Of a stretch of DNA of 50,940 bases, positions 48,574 through 50,940 are shown piece after piece. The translations under genes and the position numbers were made by a program. This stretch comes from a bacterium (lineage in GTDB: Bacteria > Patescibacteriota > Minisyncoccia > Phycocordibacterales > Phycocordibacteraceae). The notes beneath the pieces were generated by a model, which had not been told where the DNA came from, made no database searches, and was given only the letters and a program-made list of their open reading frames with translations. The stretch spans positions 256,356 to 307,295 of the forward strand of contig JAHFML010000001.1 in NCBI GenBank assembly GCA_023269085.1, written 5' to 3'. Each line of letters starts with the position of its first letter. The stretch's first letter is position 1.

Positions 48574-48644
48574 TGCGGATAGGGAGAATCGGACTCCCGT
48601 CTCATCCTTGGCAAGGACGTGTTCTACCACTAAACCATATCCGC
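48574..48644 (-). tRNA. tRNA-Gly (anticodon GCC), no encoded CCA, non-canonical T-loop
   Basis: GCGGATA TG GTTT AGTGGTA GAAC A CGTCC TTGCCAA GGATG AGAC GGGAG TCCGATT CTCCC TATCCGC A. 71 nt. Confidence 0.85.
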
Positions 48645-48682
48645 GTGAGCATATACTAACACAAAGCCTGGTTATATTTCTA

Positions 48683-48700
48683 GTGCCCCCGCCAGGACTC
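48683..48700 (-). repeat. 18-nt exact direct repeat of the tRNA-Arg 3' end (att-like remnant)
   Basis: gtgcccccgccaggactc equals 48840..48857. Confidence 0.85.
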
Positions 48701-48809
48701 TTTCCCTACGGGAACGGTATACCTTGCGGATTTTCTCTTCGCTTCAGAAAGCTCGATAAAATGCTCGCAAGGTCTTCTCGTCCTGGACGCACGCCTCCCA
48801 GGCGTGCTC

Positions 48810-48847
48810 GGGGGCACAAAAGCTCGCGGACTCTCTTTTGTGCCCCC
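48810..48847 (-). other. 13-bp perfect hairpin that incorporates the tRNA-Arg acceptor 3' strand and trailer
   Basis: gggggcacaaaag (48810-22) / cttttgtgccccc (48835-47), with a 12-nt loop. Confidence 0.7.
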
Positions 48848-48912
48848 GCCAGGACTCGAACCTGGAACGACAGTTCCGAAGACTGTTGTGATATCCATTT
48901 CACTACGAGGGC
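48841..48912 (-). tRNA. tRNA-Arg (anticodon TCG), no encoded CCA
   Basis: GCCCTCG TA GTGA AATGGATA TCAC A ACAGT CTTCGGA ACTGT CGTT CCAGG TTCGAGT CCTGG CGGGGGC A. 72 nt. Confidence 0.85.
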
Positions 48913-48930
48913 GTCTCTCTATACTACGCT

Positions 48931-50406
48931 ATGTGGTACGATACTTCCATGTTGCACAGGATACCCCATGAGGTGCGAGTCGTTGGCGAAGCGCTCGAGA
49001 AGGCCGGCTTCGAGGCATATCTCGTGGGCGGTTGTGTCCGCGATCTCTTCGTCGATCGTGTGCCAAAGGATTGGGATCTGACGACGAACGCCACACCGGA
49101 GCAGATCCAGGCCGTATTCCCTGATTCTTTTTATGAAAATGACTACGGTACCGTCGGCGTGAAGACGGGGAGTGACGATCCGCGTACCGCCATCATCGAG
49201 GTGACGCCCTACCGTACCGAGTCGGGCTACTCTGACAAGCGCCGCCCCGACTCGGTCGCCTTCGGTACTTCCCTGCTTGAGGATCTCGCCCGACGCGACT
49301 TCACGGTGAACGCGATCGCCTTCGACCTTCAAGGACATCTCATCGACCCCTACGACGGTCAAAAGGACATAAAGGACAGACTCGTGCGTGCGGTCGGCAA
49401 CCCCTCAGATCGCTTCAACGAAGATGCACTCCGCATGCTCCGCGCGGTCCGCCTTGTCGCCGAGCTCGATTTCGGCATTGATGGCGCCACGGCCACCGCC
49501 ATCAGCGAGAACAGTGAGCATTTGAAGCATGTTTCCCGTGAAAGGGTCCGGGATGAGCTCCAGCGGATGCTGGAGTCAAAGAACCCCATGAATGCGCTCG
49601 TCTTGGCGCAAAGGCTCGGTATCCTTGAATATATTGCGCACGATCTCACCCGGGGCGTTGGCATCGCGCAGAATCAGGCGCACTCGTATGATGTCTTCGA
49701 GCATCTTATGCGCACGATGCAGCATGCGGCGGACAAAGACTGGGCGTTTGATATCCGTCTCGCAGGGCTCTTCCATGATGTCTCGAAGCCCGAGACGCGC
49801 CGGACGAATGAAAAAGGAGAGTGGACCTTCCACGGCCATGAGGTTGTCGGTTCACGTGTAACGAAGAAGGTGCTTGAGGATCTCCGCTTCCCTCGCGAGA
49901 CTATCGACAAGGTCGTCAAACTGGTTCGGTGGCACATGTTCTTCTCTGACCCCGACCAGATAACCCTCTCGGCCGTCCGGCGCATGATAACGAATGTTGG
50001 GGAGGAAAATATTTGGGACTTACTCAACCTCCGCATCTGCGACCGCGTGGGGACCGGTCGGCCCAAGGAACAACCCTTTCGATTTCGTAAGTATAAGGCG
50101 ATGGTCGAACAGGCGCTCCGCGACCCGATATCGGTCACGATGCTCAAGACCGATGGGAAGCATATTATGGAGATGTTCCACGTGAACCCGGGGCCGAAGA
50201 TTGGCTACGTGCTCAATGCGCTTCTTGAAGAGGTTCTTGATAACTCTGATTTGAATACTCTCTCGTATCTCGATACGCGAACGGCTGAATTGCTTGCTAT
50301 GCCAGAAGACGAGTTGCGGAAGTTAGGAGAAGCGGGGAAACAGAGGCGGGAAGCGGCTGAAGATGAGGAAATAAAGCACATAATGGAAAAGAACCACGTC
50401 TGCTAA
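48931..50406 (+). CDS. cca: CCA-adding tRNA nucleotidyltransferase with HD domain
   Basis: AYLVGGCVRDLFVDRVPKDWDLTT, RRDFTVNAIA, ..EDALRMLRAVR.., HD region LFHDVSKP. The alternative start at 48949 cannot be excluded. Confidence 0.88.
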   Translation: MWYDTSMLHRIPHEVRVVGEALEKAGFEAYLVGGCVRDLFVDRVPKDWDLTTNATPEQIQAVFPDSFYENDYGTVGVKTGSDDPRTAIIEVTPYRTESGYSDKRRPDSVAFGTSLLEDLARRDFTVNAIAFDLQGHLIDPYDGQKDIKDRLVRAVGNPSDRFNEDALRMLRAVRLVAELDFGIDGATATAISENSEHLKHVSRERVRDELQRMLESKNPMNALVLAQRLGILEYIAHDLTRGVGIAQNQAHSYDVFEHLMRTMQHAADKDWAFDIRLAGLFHDVSKPETRRTNEKGEWTFHGHEVVGSRVTKKVLEDLRFPRETIDKVVKLVRWHMFFSDPDQITLSAVRRMITNVGEENIWDLLNLRICDRVGTGRPKEQPFRFRKYKAMVEQALRDPISVTMLKTDGKHIMEMFHVNPGPKIGYVLNALLEEVLDNSDLNTLSYLDTRTAELLAMPEDELRKLGEAGKQRREAAEDEEIKHIMEKNHVC

Positions 50407-50456
50407 AAACAAGGTTCGACCTTAAGAAATCTGGGCCAAAGGTCGAACCTTGTTTT
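50406..50456 (+). terminator. long-stem hairpin after cca
   Basis: aaaacaaggttcgacct ..19-nt loop.. aggtcgaaccttgtttt, a 17-bp stem ending in TTTT. Confidence 0.55.
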
Positions 50457-50743
50457 GTTCCACGTGGAACAGAAAACACAAAAGCCACCCAAGGGTGGTC
50501 AGAAGCGAAAAGGAGCAAAGGGCGTTGATACGGTGCTTCCAACCCGAGAAATGTGGGCGGCTTTGTTATAGATTCGATTCAAGCGCTTTCACGTAGAACA
50601 CCGTGTCCGGTTGTTGTAGAGCGGATACGCCGCGAACGTAGACAGGTGCACAGTCAGCGTCGATGAATGATGATTGGTTTTGAAAGAACTATAGAAAGAT
50701 CTATCGGCTCTGGGAGTAAGCATACCGCGCTCAAGGACAGTGT

Positions 50744-50774
50744 AAAGGACACCCCTGTGGATAACGTGTCCTTT
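50744..50774. promoter_or_regulatory. perfect DnaA-box 9-mer (TGTGGATAA) presented in the loop of a 9-bp inverted repeat, next to an AT-rich tract
   Basis: aaaggacac ccc TGTGGATAA c gtgtccttt, followed by ataaatataggcatatatactgctgagtattactcgtataaataag. Confidence 0.4.
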
Positions 50775-50822
50775 ATAAATATAGGCATATATACTGCTGA
50801 GTATTACTCGTATAAATAAGAG

Positions 50823-50939
50823 TTAAGTGACATTCCGTGTGCATGATTTCTCTCGATTCCAGTCCTCAAGAAAGAGCGCGATGAGCACTCTCTGACGCTC
50901 GGTCGGCAGTCCGCGATGTCTCCGCAGATGCTCTTTGAG
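50823..50939 (-). CDS. C-terminal end of an unidentified protein (N-terminus beyond the window)
   Basis: The reverse frame stays open to the window edge: ..LKEHLRRHRGLPTERQRVLIALFLEDWNREKSCTRNVT*. No motif recognised. Confidence 0.3.
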   Translation of the reverse strand, partial: LKEHLRRHRGLPTERQRVLIALFLEDWNREKSCTRNVT

Positions 50940-50940
50940 C

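Noticed and set aside
48680-48903. 72-aa and 65-aa minus-strand ORFs
   Set aside because: They run through tRNA-Arg and its repeat-bounded trailer, so they are explained by the tRNA and repeat structure.
1-50940. Search for integrase, transposase, relaxase, Cas or restriction-modification genes that could explain the cassettes
   Set aside because: None of the ORFs of 60 aa or longer shows the motifs I would recognise (tyrosine recombinase R..HxxR..Y, DDE, HUH, Cas hallmarks). This absence is reported as part of the finding rather than as a feature.

Overview
High-GC (about 60% by spot counts) bacterial chromosome segment around the replication-initiator locus, with rpmH-rnpA-yidC divergent from dnaA-dnaN. 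Short proteins, a ComEC channel, two PilB-type ATPases, a type IV pilus operon and a minimal VirB4/PrgI/pilin operon suggest a CPR/Patescibacteria-like organism (inference, not tested). Housekeeping genes present: tsaE, ruvB, yebC, ruvC, PBP1A, dnaN, dnaA, rpmH, rnpA, yidC, rpmB, sod, recJ, rnhA, HIT, pgk, tpiA, nusA, ppa, clpP, rny, hup, yraN, cca. There are four tRNAs, none encoding CCA. Main signals: (1) six places where the 3' end of a gene or tRNA is duplicated in direct orientation around lower-GC cargo (MazF-like toxin, HicBA, secreted M23 peptidase, TrmB regulator), yet the window holds no integrase or transposase; (2) a seven-gene T4SS-like operon without relaxase, coupling protein or outer-membrane parts; (3) a -10-like motif (TGCTAnnnT or TGnTATACT) 5-9 nt upstream of about 20 start codons, predicting widespread leaderless mRNAs; (4) two tRNA-Gly genes with a non-canonical T-loop (C55) and A73; (5) palindromic inserts that keep reading frames open (comEC, rny remnant); (6) an unclassified, roughly 140-170 nt structured-RNA candidate. 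No CRISPR array, rRNA or recognisable IS element was seen. All similarity calls are motif recognition by eye; no database search was run.
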